Below are positions 19,769 to 29,956 of a DNA stretch of 64,000 bases, piece by piece. The stretch covers positions 22,492 through 86,491 of the forward strand of contig JAKSQV010000002.1 of assembly GCA_024403935.1 (NCBI GenBank), in the 5' to 3' direction. Source of the DNA: Ruminococcus sp. (GTDB lineage: Bacteria > Bacillota > Clostridia > Oscillospirales > Ruminococcaceae). Within the stretch, counting starts at the first letter, position 1; each line of letters begins with the position of its first letter. Made by a program: the position numbers and the translations under genes. The notes under the pieces are model-generated. The model was not told the DNA's origin. It searched no databases and saw nothing but the letters and a program-made list of their open reading frames with translations.

Positions 19769-20076
19769 GCGTTGATAGCTTCGATCTTGACCTGAGTATA
19801 GGGCTGTCTGTGACCCTGCTTCTTCTTCTCACCCTTCTTGGGCTTGTAAGTGAAAACAGTGATTTTCTTAGCCTTGCCGTTCTTGATTACTGTAGCCTTA
19901 ACTGATGCTCCGTCAACATAGGGAGTACCTACCTTGATGCCGTCATCAGCACCGAGAGCAACGACCTTGTCAAAGGTAACTGTCTCTTCAGCCTCAACTG
20001 CAAGCTTCTCGATGAAGATAATATCTCCTTCGTTTACCTGATACTGCTTTCCGCCGGTTTCAATAACTGCGTACAT
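19765..20076 (-). CDS. rplU: 50S ribosomal protein L21
   Basis: [12 protein letters not shown]...GHRQPYT. Confidence 0.97.
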   Translation of the reverse strand: MYAVIETGGKQYQVNEGDIIFIEKLAVEAEETVTFDKVVALGADDGIKVGTPYVDGASVKATVIKNGKAKKITVFTYKPKKGEKKKQGHRQPYTQVKIEAINA

Positions 20077-20097
20077 TCATGGCACCTGCCTTTTCAT

Positions 20098-20158
20098 AAA
20101 ACTCGCTGTCACAGGCGCATAGGCATGACTTGAAAGCCTGTTCACAAGCGGCAATAAT
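20098..20158 (-). promoter_or_regulatory. L21 leader RNA
   Basis: TGCCGC...CAGGC...GCCTG...GCGAGT hairpin directly upstream of rplU. Confidence 0.6.
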
Positions 20159-20468
20159 ATTTTATCACAATGTTGTGTGCTTGTCAAGAGTTTTTTCGGA
20201 AAAATCTGCATTTTTTCCGATATCCTGTTCATATCAGAACAAACAGTTTTGTAAGAGCGTCAGAATTACTGTTTTCAACAATTTCACTTGCTCGTTTTTG
20301 TATCTTTTCACAAAATTCCACGGTGATAATCTATATATACAGCACTTGCGGCTTGTCGTGAAATATGCTATAATAAATGAATAAGCATACTTAATATTTT
20401 CTCTGAGTAACAATTATAATTGTATACCTCCTGAAGTATGCCATTAATTTGAGAATGTGAGGAATAAC

Positions 20469-21401
20469 ATGAACAGTAATATACAAAAGCTTTCTGATTC
20501 CATAGGCAAGGTCATTGTCGGCAAGAACGACACTGTTATCAAGCTGATAGCCGCGCTTCTCTGCGAGGGACATGTACTTCTTGAGGATGTGCCCGGTGTC
20601 GGTAAAACACAGATGATAACAGCTCTTTCACGTTCTATCGGCGGCAAATTCAACCGTATACAGCTCACCCCCGATGTAATGCCCTCGGATATAGCCGGCT
20701 TTACCATGCTCGACAGCAAATCAGGTGAGTTCATATACCGTGACGGTGCTGTAATGTGCAATTTCCTGCTTGCAGATGAGATAAACCGTGCTTCCCCGAA
20801 GGTTCAGTCCGCGCTTCTTGAGGCAATGGAGGAAAGGCAGATCTCCATTGACGGCGTAACTCACAAGCTTCCTCAGCCATTCCTTGTTATGGCAACACAG
20901 AATCCTGTTGAGACCTACGGTACCTTCCACCTCCCCGAGGCACAGATGGACCGCTTCTTTATGAAGCTCTCCATAGGATATCCTGTCCCCGAAGAGGAAA
21001 TGAAGATACTCGAACGCACAGAGCACCAGAACCCGATACAGAACATCACTGAGCCTGCAATGCACGTTGACGACATAATCGCAATGCAGGAAAGTGTACG
21101 AAATATCCGTGTAAACGATCAGGTAAAAAAGTACATTATCGACATTGTAGGCTGTACACGCGGCGACAGAAATGCTGTACTCGGAATCAGTCCGCGCGGA
21201 AGCATTGCACTTTACAAAGCCGCAAAGGCATTTGCATACATATACGAAAGAGAATATGTGACACCTGATGATGTAAAGGCTGCCGCAGTTCCCGTGCTTG
21301 CACACCGCATTATCCTGTCACCGCAGGGCAAAAGCGAATTCGGCACAGGCGAAGGCTACATAACCAACATCATCCGGAGCACACCTGTTCCCGCAATGTA
21401 A
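20469..21401 (+). CDS. MoxR family AAA+ ATPase
   Basis: HVLLEDVPGVGKT, RIQLTPDVMPSD, LADEINRASPKVQSALLEAM, LPEAQMDRF. Confidence 0.95.
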   Translation: MNSNIQKLSDSIGKVIVGKNDTVIKLIAALLCEGHVLLEDVPGVGKTQMITALSRSIGGKFNRIQLTPDVMPSDIAGFTMLDSKSGEFIYRDGAVMCNFLLADEINRASPKVQSALLEAMEERQISIDGVTHKLPQPFLVMATQNPVETYGTFHLPEAQMDRFFMKLSIGYPVPEEEMKILERTEHQNPIQNITEPAMHVDDIIAMQESVRNIRVNDQVKKYIIDIVGCTRGDRNAVLGISPRGSIALYKAAKAFAYIYEREYVTPDDVKAAAVPVLAHRIILSPQGKSEFGTGEGYITNIIRSTPVPAM

Positions 21402-21408
21402 AGCAGAC

Positions 21409-22629
21409 ATGGAAAATAAAAAGAAACAACGCAGAGTTGTCCTGCTCGGACCAAACTTCGCCGAATCGTTCAAGACCGTCCTTGCAATACTTGCAACAGC
21501 TTTTCTGCTGTACATTTTCACCTTTTACGTTGATGGTGAAATGGGCGTAATTCTGATCGCATTCACTGTATTTGCGCCGCTTGTCTCGCTGCTTTTCGCC
21601 ATTTACGGAAGAAAGCGCGTAAAAGTGGGCATAAACTGCGACGGCTACGTCAAGAAGGGCAGTACACTCACAGTTAACGTTACGATCGAAAAGACAGGTT
21701 TTTTTCCGCTCGGTATCATTGAGATCACCCCGCGTGCAAGTGAGATATTTGCACCAGATGACAAGGTCTACCGCATATCACTCGTCCGCAGCCGAAGCAA
21801 GTCCTTCTCGTACAGCATAAAAGCTGTAACGGGCGGAAACGGCGAAATAGCGTTAGATACAGTATACTCGTGCGGATTCCTCGGATTAATACGCTTTGCA
21901 CTCACAGAGGAGTTACCCTCTCCTGTCAGTGTCGGAGTTATCCCCGAAATACCGCAGATCAAGACTTCATCGCAGCTCTTCCGCAATATCGCTGATGTTG
22001 TGTTCACCAGCGACGAGGAGGAGGAAAGCGACACGACACTGATGTTTTCCGCAAACACTTCTCCGGGCTACGAGCACCGCGAATACGTTCAGGGCGACTC
22101 GCTGAAGCGCATAAACTGGAAGCTTTCCACAAAAAAGAACAAGCTCATGGTCAGGCTTGATGAGGCAGCCGCCTCTGTTCAGCCGATGATCGTGCTTGAC
22201 CTGTACAGGAACAGCACATCTGCTCCCGAGACTGCCATTCTCCGTGAGGAGCAGCTTATCTGCTCAGTATTCGGTCTGCTCACGCTCCTTGTGAAACAGG
22301 GCATCGCCTCGACGCTGATATATCGCGGTGCAAACGGCGAAGTCACAGCCGAGAGTGTCGATAACCCCGAATACCCGCAGCAGCTCCTTCTGAAGATACT
22401 TGCTGTCAAAGTGATCCCCGACAAGCACATCAGGCTCGAAAATTACTCCGGCTCGATATGTGCATGTGTCATCGCTTCCACAGACTGCAGCGAGGAAATA
22501 GGAGCCATAGCAGACTCCGTAAGAGAAAACGACAATGTAAGTCTCATCGGAGTCTCACGAGACAGCCGCAACCTTACCGATCTTCCGATGTGGTATCTTG
22601 ACGGCGACAATAACTTTAAGTTGGTATAA
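21409..22629 (+). CDS. DUF58 domain membrane protein
   Basis: N-terminal TMs; EHREYVQGDSLKRINWKLS motif; follows MoxR. Confidence 0.85.
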   Translation: MENKKKQRRVVLLGPNFAESFKTVLAILATAFLLYIFTFYVDGEMGVILIAFTVFAPLVSLLFAIYGRKRVKVGINCDGYVKKGSTLTVNVTIEKTGFFPLGIIEITPRASEIFAPDDKVYRISLVRSRSKSFSYSIKAVTGGNGEIALDTVYSCGFLGLIRFALTEELPSPVSVGVIPEIPQIKTSSQLFRNIADVVFTSDEEEESDTTLMFSANTSPGYEHREYVQGDSLKRINWKLSTKKNKLMVRLDEAAASVQPMIVLDLYRNSTSAPETAILREEQLICSVFGLLTLLVKQGIASTLIYRGANGEVTAESVDNPEYPQQLLLKILAVKVIPDKHIRLENYSGSICACVIASTDCSEEIGAIADSVRENDNVSLIGVSRDSRNLTDLPMWYLDGDNNFKLV

Positions 22630-22632
22630 AAA

Positions 22633-24900
22633 ATGACTGATACTGATAGAAACAGCCGCCTCAGAACGTTTCTGCTGAAAACGCTTGCTGACCCGGTACT
22701 GCTGTATACAGTGCTGCTGATGATGTCAATAATGTACCATTACCGAAGCAGCCTCGCGCTCGCATACGGTGTGGCATCATATTTGATAGGCTGGGTAGTG
22801 TTCCGCATCTTTGACTTTGTCAACAAGCACCACATAATTGGCTTTTTTGCCTGTATCATAATGTATATCGGAGCAGCATTGGCAGCTTACAAATATATGG
22901 AGATAGGTCTGCGGAACTACCCCATCTCATGGAGCCTCTGGTTCCTTACGCCGCAGGATGCACTGAGATACAACAAATGGTACACGGTCGCCATTTTTAT
23001 CCTGTTTTTGTTTTTCATGCTTTCGGTCGTGTACTATTTCACACGCGTCCGATACAGGATATTCATGAATTTTCTCATCTTCATCATACCGTTTGCATTA
23101 TACGGCAAGGAATATGAGAAAATGCCGATTGGCTACATAATCGCTCTTGCGATAGGATATGTGCTGATGATGGTGACGTTCAGGCAGCTTCACGAATCAC
23201 AGAAGGAGATCTTCATAGACAAAAAAGAGGCGTGGACATCCGTCGCGGTGTTCACGGTGCTGTTTGCGCTGTTCTCAACGCTTTTCCCAAAGCCTGTTGT
23301 TCATGAAGACCGTACCATTCTCGAAACACTCATCAACGCGGAAAAGCTCACCGACCGTCTCAATAAGATGCTCGATGAATTCCGTGATACTTCGACAGGC
23401 GATCAGTTCCGCAAAAAAGCAACTGATACTGTACACTTCACTGTAAAGGCTGATATGCCGATGAGACTGAAAACCGCCTCATTCAGCACGTACAGCTTTG
23501 AAGATGACAGCTGGAAAACAAGCGATATCGACACATACTACCGCACTCTTCAGAACCCGTCCTTCAGTATCGACTTCAACCGTGAAGTCGCTGATGCCGT
23601 CTTTTTCGTTGCAGGAATGGACAGCAGCTTCGCAAAAAAGTACGGGCTTGAAGAATATGCAGGCAAAAAGCTGACCTATCCTGACGAAAGAGAAGCTGTC
23701 GTAACTACGCATATCTCCATTTATGGCAGTGAAACAGTTCCCGTACCACAGGGAGCGATAAGGCTCAGCAATTCAAGCTTCAAGGAACAGCTCGCGCTCA
23801 GCCGTGCCGCTTCCATCTTCACTGTCGACCAGAAATTCTACGAAGGTGAAACCTTCTCCTTTGACTATGTCCCGTCAGGAGCTCTTGAAAATAATGAAAA
23901 CAAGGCACTTGTACAGGTACTCGCGGAGAAGGAGGATTACAGCGAGCTGCTGAAGGATGCCTACGCCATCATCGACGATATCTGGAATCCCGATGAGGAA
24001 ACTGCTCACTACCGCGATGTCCTTAATGTAAACAGTTCCTTCTACGACTCATATACCGAAACACTGCTCGACTACGGCAGCGAGAAAAAGATCTCAGACC
24101 TCGCACAGGAAATAGTCAAGGACTGCGATACCGACTATGACAAGGCAAAGGCAATAGAATGGTACTTCGTTACAAACGGATTCATCTACGATCTGGACTA
24201 CCAGAAGTCACAGGATGAAAACATCAACGACTTCCTTTTCGATACCAAAACGGGTGTCTGCGTTGAATACGCAACAGCCATGACTCTGCTCTCCCGTGCC
24301 GCAGGGATACCCGCACGCTACTGTGAGGGCTATCTCACGAACGAGGAATTAAAGGACTCAAAGGGAGATTACAAGATCACAGGCAATGAAGGTCACGCAT
24401 TCCCCGAGCTCTATATCAAGGGCTACGGCTGGATGACGTTTGAACCAACGATGTCAAACTTTTTGAACGTCTCCGAAAAGACCGCCAAAAAGAGCACGAC
24501 AACGGAAATGCTCGAAAGTGCAGGCTTTATCATGCTCATTATCGCGGCTGTTCTCCTGCTTCTTCTTATAGCACTTCCATTCCTTATACACAAAGCCTTC
24601 ATACTGATAAACAAAAGACGCAAGCCCGATAAGGCCGTATCCGCAGTAATGCACAGACTGTGCAGGCTCTACGACATACCTGCTACCAACACCGCAGGCG
24701 AAGCCGAAAAGCTCATTGCTGACACTTCAGGAGCAGACATATCAGCAACAAAGAAGCTGTTCAGCAAACTGGAATACGGCAATATCCCCATGAGCGAAGA
24801 TGACAGGGAAAAGGCTATGGCTGACTACATCGCTGCCTATGACGCTCTCAGGGAAAGCAAAAAGCGCAAGCTCAGGAAATCCACGCAGGGAGGTAATTGA
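22633..24900 (+). CDS. Multi-TM transglutaminase-like domain protein
   Basis: TGVCVEYATAMTLLSRAAGIPARYCEGY, HAFPELYIKGYGWMTFEPT. Confidence 0.9.
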   Translation: MTDTDRNSRLRTFLLKTLADPVLLYTVLLMMSIMYHYRSSLALAYGVASYLIGWVVFRIFDFVNKHHIIGFFACIIMYIGAALAAYKYMEIGLRNYPISWSLWFLTPQDALRYNKWYTVAIFILFLFFMLSVVYYFTRVRYRIFMNFLIFIIPFALYGKEYEKMPIGYIIALAIGYVLMMVTFRQLHESQKEIFIDKKEAWTSVAVFTVLFALFSTLFPKPVVHEDRTILETLINAEKLTDRLNKMLDEFRDTSTGDQFRKKATDTVHFTVKADMPMRLKTASFSTYSFEDDSWKTSDIDTYYRTLQNPSFSIDFNREVADAVFFVAGMDSSFAKKYGLEEYAGKKLTYPDEREAVVTTHISIYGSETVPVPQGAIRLSNSSFKEQLALSRAASIFTVDQKFYEGETFSFDYVPSGALENNENKALVQVLAEKEDYSELLKDAYAIIDDIWNPDEETAHYRDVLNVNSSFYDSYTETLLDYGSEKKISDLAQEIVKDCDTDYDKAKAIEWYFVTNGFIYDLDYQKSQDENINDFLFDTKTGVCVEYATAMTLLSRAAGIPARYCEGYLTNEELKDSKGDYKITGNEGHAFPELYIKGYGWMTFEPTMSNFLNVSEKTAKKSTTTEMLESAGFIMLIIAAVLLLLLIALPFLIHKAFILINKRRKPDKAVSAVMHRLCRLYDIPATNTAGEAEKLIADTSGADISATKKLFSKLEYGNIPMSEDDREKAMADYIAAYDALRESKKRKLRKSTQGGN

Positions 24901-24902
24901 TC

Positions 24903-26288
24903 ATGCACGGGATCCTCGGAAAACGTATTCTTGGTGCAGCAGCAGCCGTCCTCACGGCTCTGTGCTCTCTGACGGCAGAATTGCCAGTATCACAGGCGGA
25001 TTACAAGCAGACAGAATATCTCACATGGAGTCAGGCTGACGAACGATGGGGCTCAACACCGATGGGCAATTCGTCTATCAGGGAGTCGGGCTGCCTGCTC
25101 ACATCTCTTGCGATCATGATAATGGATTCGGATTCACTCGACGAAGCCGCTATGAAAAATCTCGGGATAGAAAAGCCCGAGGACTTCAATCCCGGTGTTC
25201 TTGCACAAGGATATAGCTCGATCGACGGTTTCTCATCGGGCGGAGCAATAAACAGATGGCTTGACGTTCAGGAGCTTATTCCGAGTGTTCAGTGGGGCCG
25301 CGATGCAGCTCTCACAAGCGTTCAGACAATGACCGAAAACGGAATTCCCGATAAAGCAGCAGTTGCGGAAGAGCTGCAAAGCATGATGTCGCAGGGCTGG
25401 TATATAATTGCTCGCGTTGTCACCCAGTACGGCGGATACCACTGGGTATACATCCGCGGTGTGGAAAACGGCGCGATCTATATGGCCGAGCCTGCGAAAC
25501 CGACCCCTGTACTGTACGAAGTTTATCCCGGCGGACTTCAGGGTGAATACTGGGCACTGAAAGGCGCAAATCCGCCGGCTGCCGACTTCGTACCGCCGCT
25601 CAGCTTTGAGCCGTCTATCGGCATAGAGGTGATCACCCCGCCCAAAACAATGTACGCCTACGGTGAGGAGCTTGACCTGAGTGCCTGCACTGTCAGAAGA
25701 AAAGGCATCGACCTTTCAGGCAAGGCATGGGAGGATGAGCCTGTTCCACTCACAAAAGCTGACAATATCAAATACTCCGTTAACTTCTTCAATCCCTCGA
25801 TCCCCGGAGATTATGAGCTGCTTATCTCAGCCATGAACGACTACGCTTACGGCGAGGCTTCTGTCACTCTGACTGTATCACAGCCTGTCGGAGAATACTG
25901 TCTCTGGAACGGCTGCAAGACCGACATCTATGCCTCAGAGCTCGGCGGAACACCGATAATGTCCATAGGTGAAGGCTGCGTTGTCAACGTTACAGAGTGC
26001 CGCGGCAGACTCGGACACATCGACTCCAAGGAATTCACAGGCTGGGCAGACGTATCCAGAATGGAAAGGGTCATCAGTCCTGCAAAGCGCACCAAAGGCG
26101 ATATAAACGGCAACGGACTTGTGAATAAGTATGATATGGCTCAGCTCAACGTTCATCTCAGTCAGAAAGCATCACTTCCTGACGGAATATCCATGCTGAC
26201 CGCTGCCGAGACCGAAGCAGCCGATATCAACTCAGACGGAAAAGTCGATGAAGCAGACCTTATCGCTCTGCTCACGGCTATACAATAA
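24903..26288 (+). CDS. Secreted C39-like peptidase + Ig-like + dockerin protein
   Basis: Signal peptide; QADERW...GCLLTSLAI, HWVYI; PPKTMYAYGEELDLS Ig-like segment; paired dockerin loops GDINGNGLVNKYD / ADINSDGKVDEAD. Confidence 0.75.
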   Translation: MHGILGKRILGAAAAVLTALCSLTAELPVSQADYKQTEYLTWSQADERWGSTPMGNSSIRESGCLLTSLAIMIMDSDSLDEAAMKNLGIEKPEDFNPGVLAQGYSSIDGFSSGGAINRWLDVQELIPSVQWGRDAALTSVQTMTENGIPDKAAVAEELQSMMSQGWYIIARVVTQYGGYHWVYIRGVENGAIYMAEPAKPTPVLYEVYPGGLQGEYWALKGANPPAADFVPPLSFEPSIGIEVITPPKTMYAYGEELDLSACTVRRKGIDLSGKAWEDEPVPLTKADNIKYSVNFFNPSIPGDYELLISAMNDYAYGEASVTLTVSQPVGEYCLWNGCKTDIYASELGGTPIMSIGEGCVVNVTECRGRLGHIDSKEFTGWADVSRMERVISPAKRTKGDINGNGLVNKYDMAQLNVHLSQKASLPDGISMLTAAETEAADINSDGKVDEADLIALLTAIQ

Positions 26289-26306
26289 AAAGGAGGCTTT
26301 CCCTTA

Positions 26307-27272
26307 ATGGAATGGACCGAAGTAAACATCTACACCACTGCCGAGGGCATCGAGCTGCTCTGTTCAAAGCTGACAGATATCGGTGTCAAAGGCTTTGTCA
26401 TCAAGGACTCGGAGGACTTCAAAGAGTTTCTTGAAAACAAGAACGGTCAGTGGGACTACATTGACGATGACCTCATGGGACTTGCTGACTGCGAGACCTG
26501 CATTACAGTATATCTTCCCGGAAATGATCAGGGCGCGGATATGCTGCGTTCCGTGAGAACTATGCTTGCCGAGCTGAAAAGGTCGGATACAGACAATATG
26601 TACGGTCGGCTCGAAGCCGAGCTTGCAAGCATCCGCGAGGAGGACTGGGCGAATAACTGGAAGCAGTATTTCAAGCCGTTCAAGGTCGGAGATTCACTCG
26701 TCATAAAGCCCTCATGGGAGGAATATGATGACTGCGGCGAACGCACGATACTCGAAATCGATCCTGCTTCGAGCTTCGGAACAGGTCAGCACCATACAAC
26801 ACGTCTCTGCCTTGAAATTCTGGAAGGCTGTGTCAAAGAGGGCGACAGGATCCTTGATCTCGGCTGCGGAAGCGGCATCCTCTCGATAGCAGCAATACTC
26901 CTCGGTGCAGAAGATGCGGTCGCTGTCGATATTGATGAAAACGCTGCCGCCACCGCTAAGGAGAATGCCGTCAAGAACCATATTCCCGAGGAGAGCTATA
27001 AAACATTCTTCGGAAATATTCTTACCGACGAGAAGCTTGCCTCAGCAATTGACGATCAGTATGACATAATCACTGCAAATATCGTTGCCGATGTGCTCAT
27101 CGCAATGAAGGACTACTTCAGACGATACCTCAAAGACGGCGGATACCTTATCGTTTCGGGAATAATCGAGGAACGCATGGAGGAAGTGCTCACCGCTATC
27201 GAGCAGTGCGGCTTCAACCGTCTCAGCGTCAACGTCAAGGAGGGCTGGGCAGCGGCTCAGTTTGCCAAATAA
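26307..27272 (+). CDS. prmA: Ribosomal protein L11 methyltransferase
   Basis: DWANNWKQYFKP, IDPASSFGTGQHHTT, LDLGCGSGILSI, ANIVA, SGII. Confidence 0.95.
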   Translation: MEWTEVNIYTTAEGIELLCSKLTDIGVKGFVIKDSEDFKEFLENKNGQWDYIDDDLMGLADCETCITVYLPGNDQGADMLRSVRTMLAELKRSDTDNMYGRLEAELASIREEDWANNWKQYFKPFKVGDSLVIKPSWEEYDDCGERTILEIDPASSFGTGQHHTTRLCLEILEGCVKEGDRILDLGCGSGILSIAAILLGAEDAVAVDIDENAAATAKENAVKNHIPEESYKTFFGNILTDEKLASAIDDQYDIITANIVADVLIAMKDYFRRYLKDGGYLIVSGIIEERMEEVLTAIEQCGFNRLSVNVKEGWAAAQFAK

Positions 27273-27346
27273 GCATATTTCAGGCCATCGGTCTGTGAGA
27301 ATATGATAATAAACAAATCTATTATAAACTAAGGAGAATGATTACA

Positions 27347-28531
27347 GTGGCATTATTCAAGAAGAAAAAACAGGATAACGAAGAAGAAGCAACAGCCGTA
27401 AACCAGGGATTTGACTATGTGTCAGCAACACTCAGTGCTCTGAATGCAAAGCTCAACGGAACCCTCTACGACGGATGCATAATCATGCCGAGAGGTATGA
27501 CGATCGACATAAAGGTCGGCAGAGTAGAGGAGCATGACGGTATAAAGAGCGTACAGTTCCTCTTCCTTGTATCGAGCGACAACTTCGATGAGCCGGTCAT
27601 CGATCCCATTGATGCTCACGGTTCGACCGAAGAGGAGATCGTTAACATGGCTGTAGAAATATTCTACGGTGGCTTATGGCACCCTATCGACCAGTCCATG
27701 TTCAAAAAGAACCCCATCCACATCCCTGTGACCTTCCTCGGTCAGCACTACGACTTTGATATGTATGCTCATTCCATCGTCAGGATCGGTGCTCAGCAGG
27801 ACAAGGAGCCTACCATGCTTGTAGGTCTCATCGGCAACGACGTTCCCAAGTACCTCGGCTCAAAGAAATACTACTGGATAAGAATATTCCTTGCAAAGCA
27901 GGGCGACAGACAGATAGTTGAGGCACGAGTAAACGGCTCGGTTTGCAACGAGCTTACAAAGCCGCTTCAGGATTATGTTAATTCATGGGAAAAGAGCGAC
28001 GGATTCAGATGTGAGAAGCAGTTCGCTATATTCGTACAGCGCGGCGAGGACGAGTGTCCTTTCAAGAAGGAGGATGTCGTAAATGCGGCTAACTTCTCAC
28101 TTGAAAGAATGGTCAAGATAAGCAACCCCGAGGAATATCAGAAGTTCTGCGATGAGCTTGATGAATTCACTGGCAACAAGGATCTTGCTACTGAAGTAAG
28201 AATTTTCATTCCAGAGATTTTTGCCAAGCTCACACTCGGCTACGAGGAGGGCGACAGCCTCTTCCTGCTCACAGGCGATCCGAACAGCGAGGAAGGCGAT
28301 TCACGTCTTGAATTCAGAAAGACACAGCTCCGCTCATACTTCTATATCCAGCAGACAATTCTCGAATATCTCAATACAAGACCTCCGCAGGAGGATGTTC
28401 AGCGCATCGTATTCAACAGCGTTGCATTCAGAGAGCTCCGCAAGGCAAAGGAACAGGGACATGAGCCCAAAGACCTCTATGTTCCCGGAACAGCTTACAG
28501 AGTCGGCAACCCCGGTTATAAGGTCTGGTAA
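27347..28531 (+). CDS. Hypothetical protein (possibly DUF6348-like)
   Basis: Long ORF, AAGGAG RBS, host-like codon usage; family assignment uncertain. Confidence 0.6.
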   Translation: MALFKKKKQDNEEEATAVNQGFDYVSATLSALNAKLNGTLYDGCIIMPRGMTIDIKVGRVEEHDGIKSVQFLFLVSSDNFDEPVIDPIDAHGSTEEEIVNMAVEIFYGGLWHPIDQSMFKKNPIHIPVTFLGQHYDFDMYAHSIVRIGAQQDKEPTMLVGLIGNDVPKYLGSKKYYWIRIFLAKQGDRQIVEARVNGSVCNELTKPLQDYVNSWEKSDGFRCEKQFAIFVQRGEDECPFKKEDVVNAANFSLERMVKISNPEEYQKFCDELDEFTGNKDLATEVRIFIPEIFAKLTLGYEEGDSLFLLTGDPNSEEGDSRLEFRKTQLRSYFYIQQTILEYLNTRPPQEDVQRIVFNSVAFRELRKAKEQGHEPKDLYVPGTAYRVGNPGYKVW

Positions 28532-28535
28532 TACA

Positions 28536-28566
28536 AAAACGGCTCCCGAATTTTCGGAAGCCGTTC
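28536..28566. terminator. Intrinsic terminator between convergent genes
   Basis: aacggctcccgaa-tt-ttcggaagccgtt. Confidence 0.65.
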
Positions 28567-28582
28567 GCTCTTTATGAAGCGG

Positions 28583-29953
28583 TCACATTATGACCGACAA
28601 CGCCCGTTTCAGATCGGATACCGGAATAAGCTCGATATTACAGTTTTCCTTGTCAACAGCGGACATACACTGCTTAGGTATCACTGCCTTCGTAAAGCCC
28701 ATGCGTTCAGCTTCACGAATGCGCTGTGAAGCGTGCGGGACTGAGCGTATCTCTCCCCCGAGTCCTATTTCACCAAACGAAACGAGCGACTCGTCAATCT
28801 GCCTGTCCATAATTCCCGAATAAAGTGCCATTGCAACAGGCAGGTCTGCGGCAGGCTCATCAAGCCTGAATCCGCCTACGATATTCAGATATACGTCAAG
28901 GCTTCCCATGAATATGCCGAGCCGTTTCTCCAGCACGGCAATGATGATGTTCAGCCTGTTGAAATCAAATCCGGTAGCCATTCTTCTCGGAGCAGAATAG
29001 CTCGTTTTTGCGGCAAGAGCCTGCACCTCCGCAAGAATGGGGCGGCTTCCCTCCATTACGCAGGAAACGCACGTTCCCGAGACGTTGAGCGGCCTGCCCG
29101 ACAGGAGCATCTGTGAAGGATTTGCGACCTCTGCAAGCCCCTTGTCCAGCATCTCAAACACGCCTATCTCATTTGTTGAGCCAAAGCGGTTCTTGACAGC
29201 CCGGAGCAGACGATAGCTCTGATGCCTCTCTCCCTCAAAATAGAGAACGGCATCAACGATGTGCTCCATTACCTTAGGACCTGCAATAGCACCGTCCTTG
29301 TTGATATGACCTACGATTATGAGCGGTATCTCCTGAGCCTTCGCGGTACGCATAAAGAGATTCGTACACTCACGGACCTGTGTGAGACTTCCGGGACTTG
29401 ATGAAATACGGCTTATGCTCATTGTCTGTATCGAGTCAATGATAACGATGTCGATATTGCTGCCAGCGATAGTTGCTGCTATCGCCTCAGCGTCGTTCGC
29501 GGTCAGAATATAAAGGTTTTCCGTATCAACTCCGAGACGCTTTGCACGCAGCTTTATCTGCCTTGCCGATTCCTCTCCCGAAACGTAGAGCACAGAATGC
29601 TCCTCGCCGAGAAACTGGCATATCTGGAGCAGAAGTGTGCTCTTTCCGATGCCCGGCTCGCCTCCGAGCAGCACCAGTGAGCCTTTGACAAGACCGCCGC
29701 CGAGGACGCGGTTGAGCTCCCCTATTCCCGTATCGTAGCGGACATCGCTGTCCGTACCGATATCAGCAAGCTCAAGTATACTGTCATAGAGGTCAGGAGC
29801 ATTCACAAGCGAAGCACCTCCGCCTGCCGCAGTTGTGTCAGCAAGCTCCTCCTCGAAGCTGTTCCATGCACCGCAGGACGGACATTTGCCATTCCACTTG
29901 GAGCTTTCATATCCGCATTGGTTGCAGGTGTAGATAAATTTTGATTTAGCCAT
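28583..29953 (-). CDS. radA: DNA repair protein RadA/Sms
   Basis: CNQC..CPSC zinc finger, GGEPGIGKSTL, KNRFG motif, Lon-like C-terminus. Confidence 0.97.
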   Translation of the reverse strand: MAKSKFIYTCNQCGYESSKWNGKCPSCGAWNSFEEELADTTAAGGGASLVNAPDLYDSILELADIGTDSDVRYDTGIGELNRVLGGGLVKGSLVLLGGEPGIGKSTLLLQICQFLGEEHSVLYVSGEESARQIKLRAKRLGVDTENLYILTANDAEAIAATIAGSNIDIVIIDSIQTMSISRISSSPGSLTQVRECTNLFMRTAKAQEIPLIIVGHINKDGAIAGPKVMEHIVDAVLYFEGERHQSYRLLRAVKNRFGSTNEIGVFEMLDKGLAEVANPSQMLLSGRPLNVSGTCVSCVMEGSRPILAEVQALAAKTSYSAPRRMATGFDFNRLNIIIAVLEKRLGIFMGSLDVYLNIVGGFRLDEPAADLPVAMALYSGIMDRQIDESLVSFGEIGLGGEIRSVPHASQRIREAERMGFTKAVIPKQCMSAVDKENCNIELIPVSDLKRALSVIM

Positions 29954-29956
29954 ATA

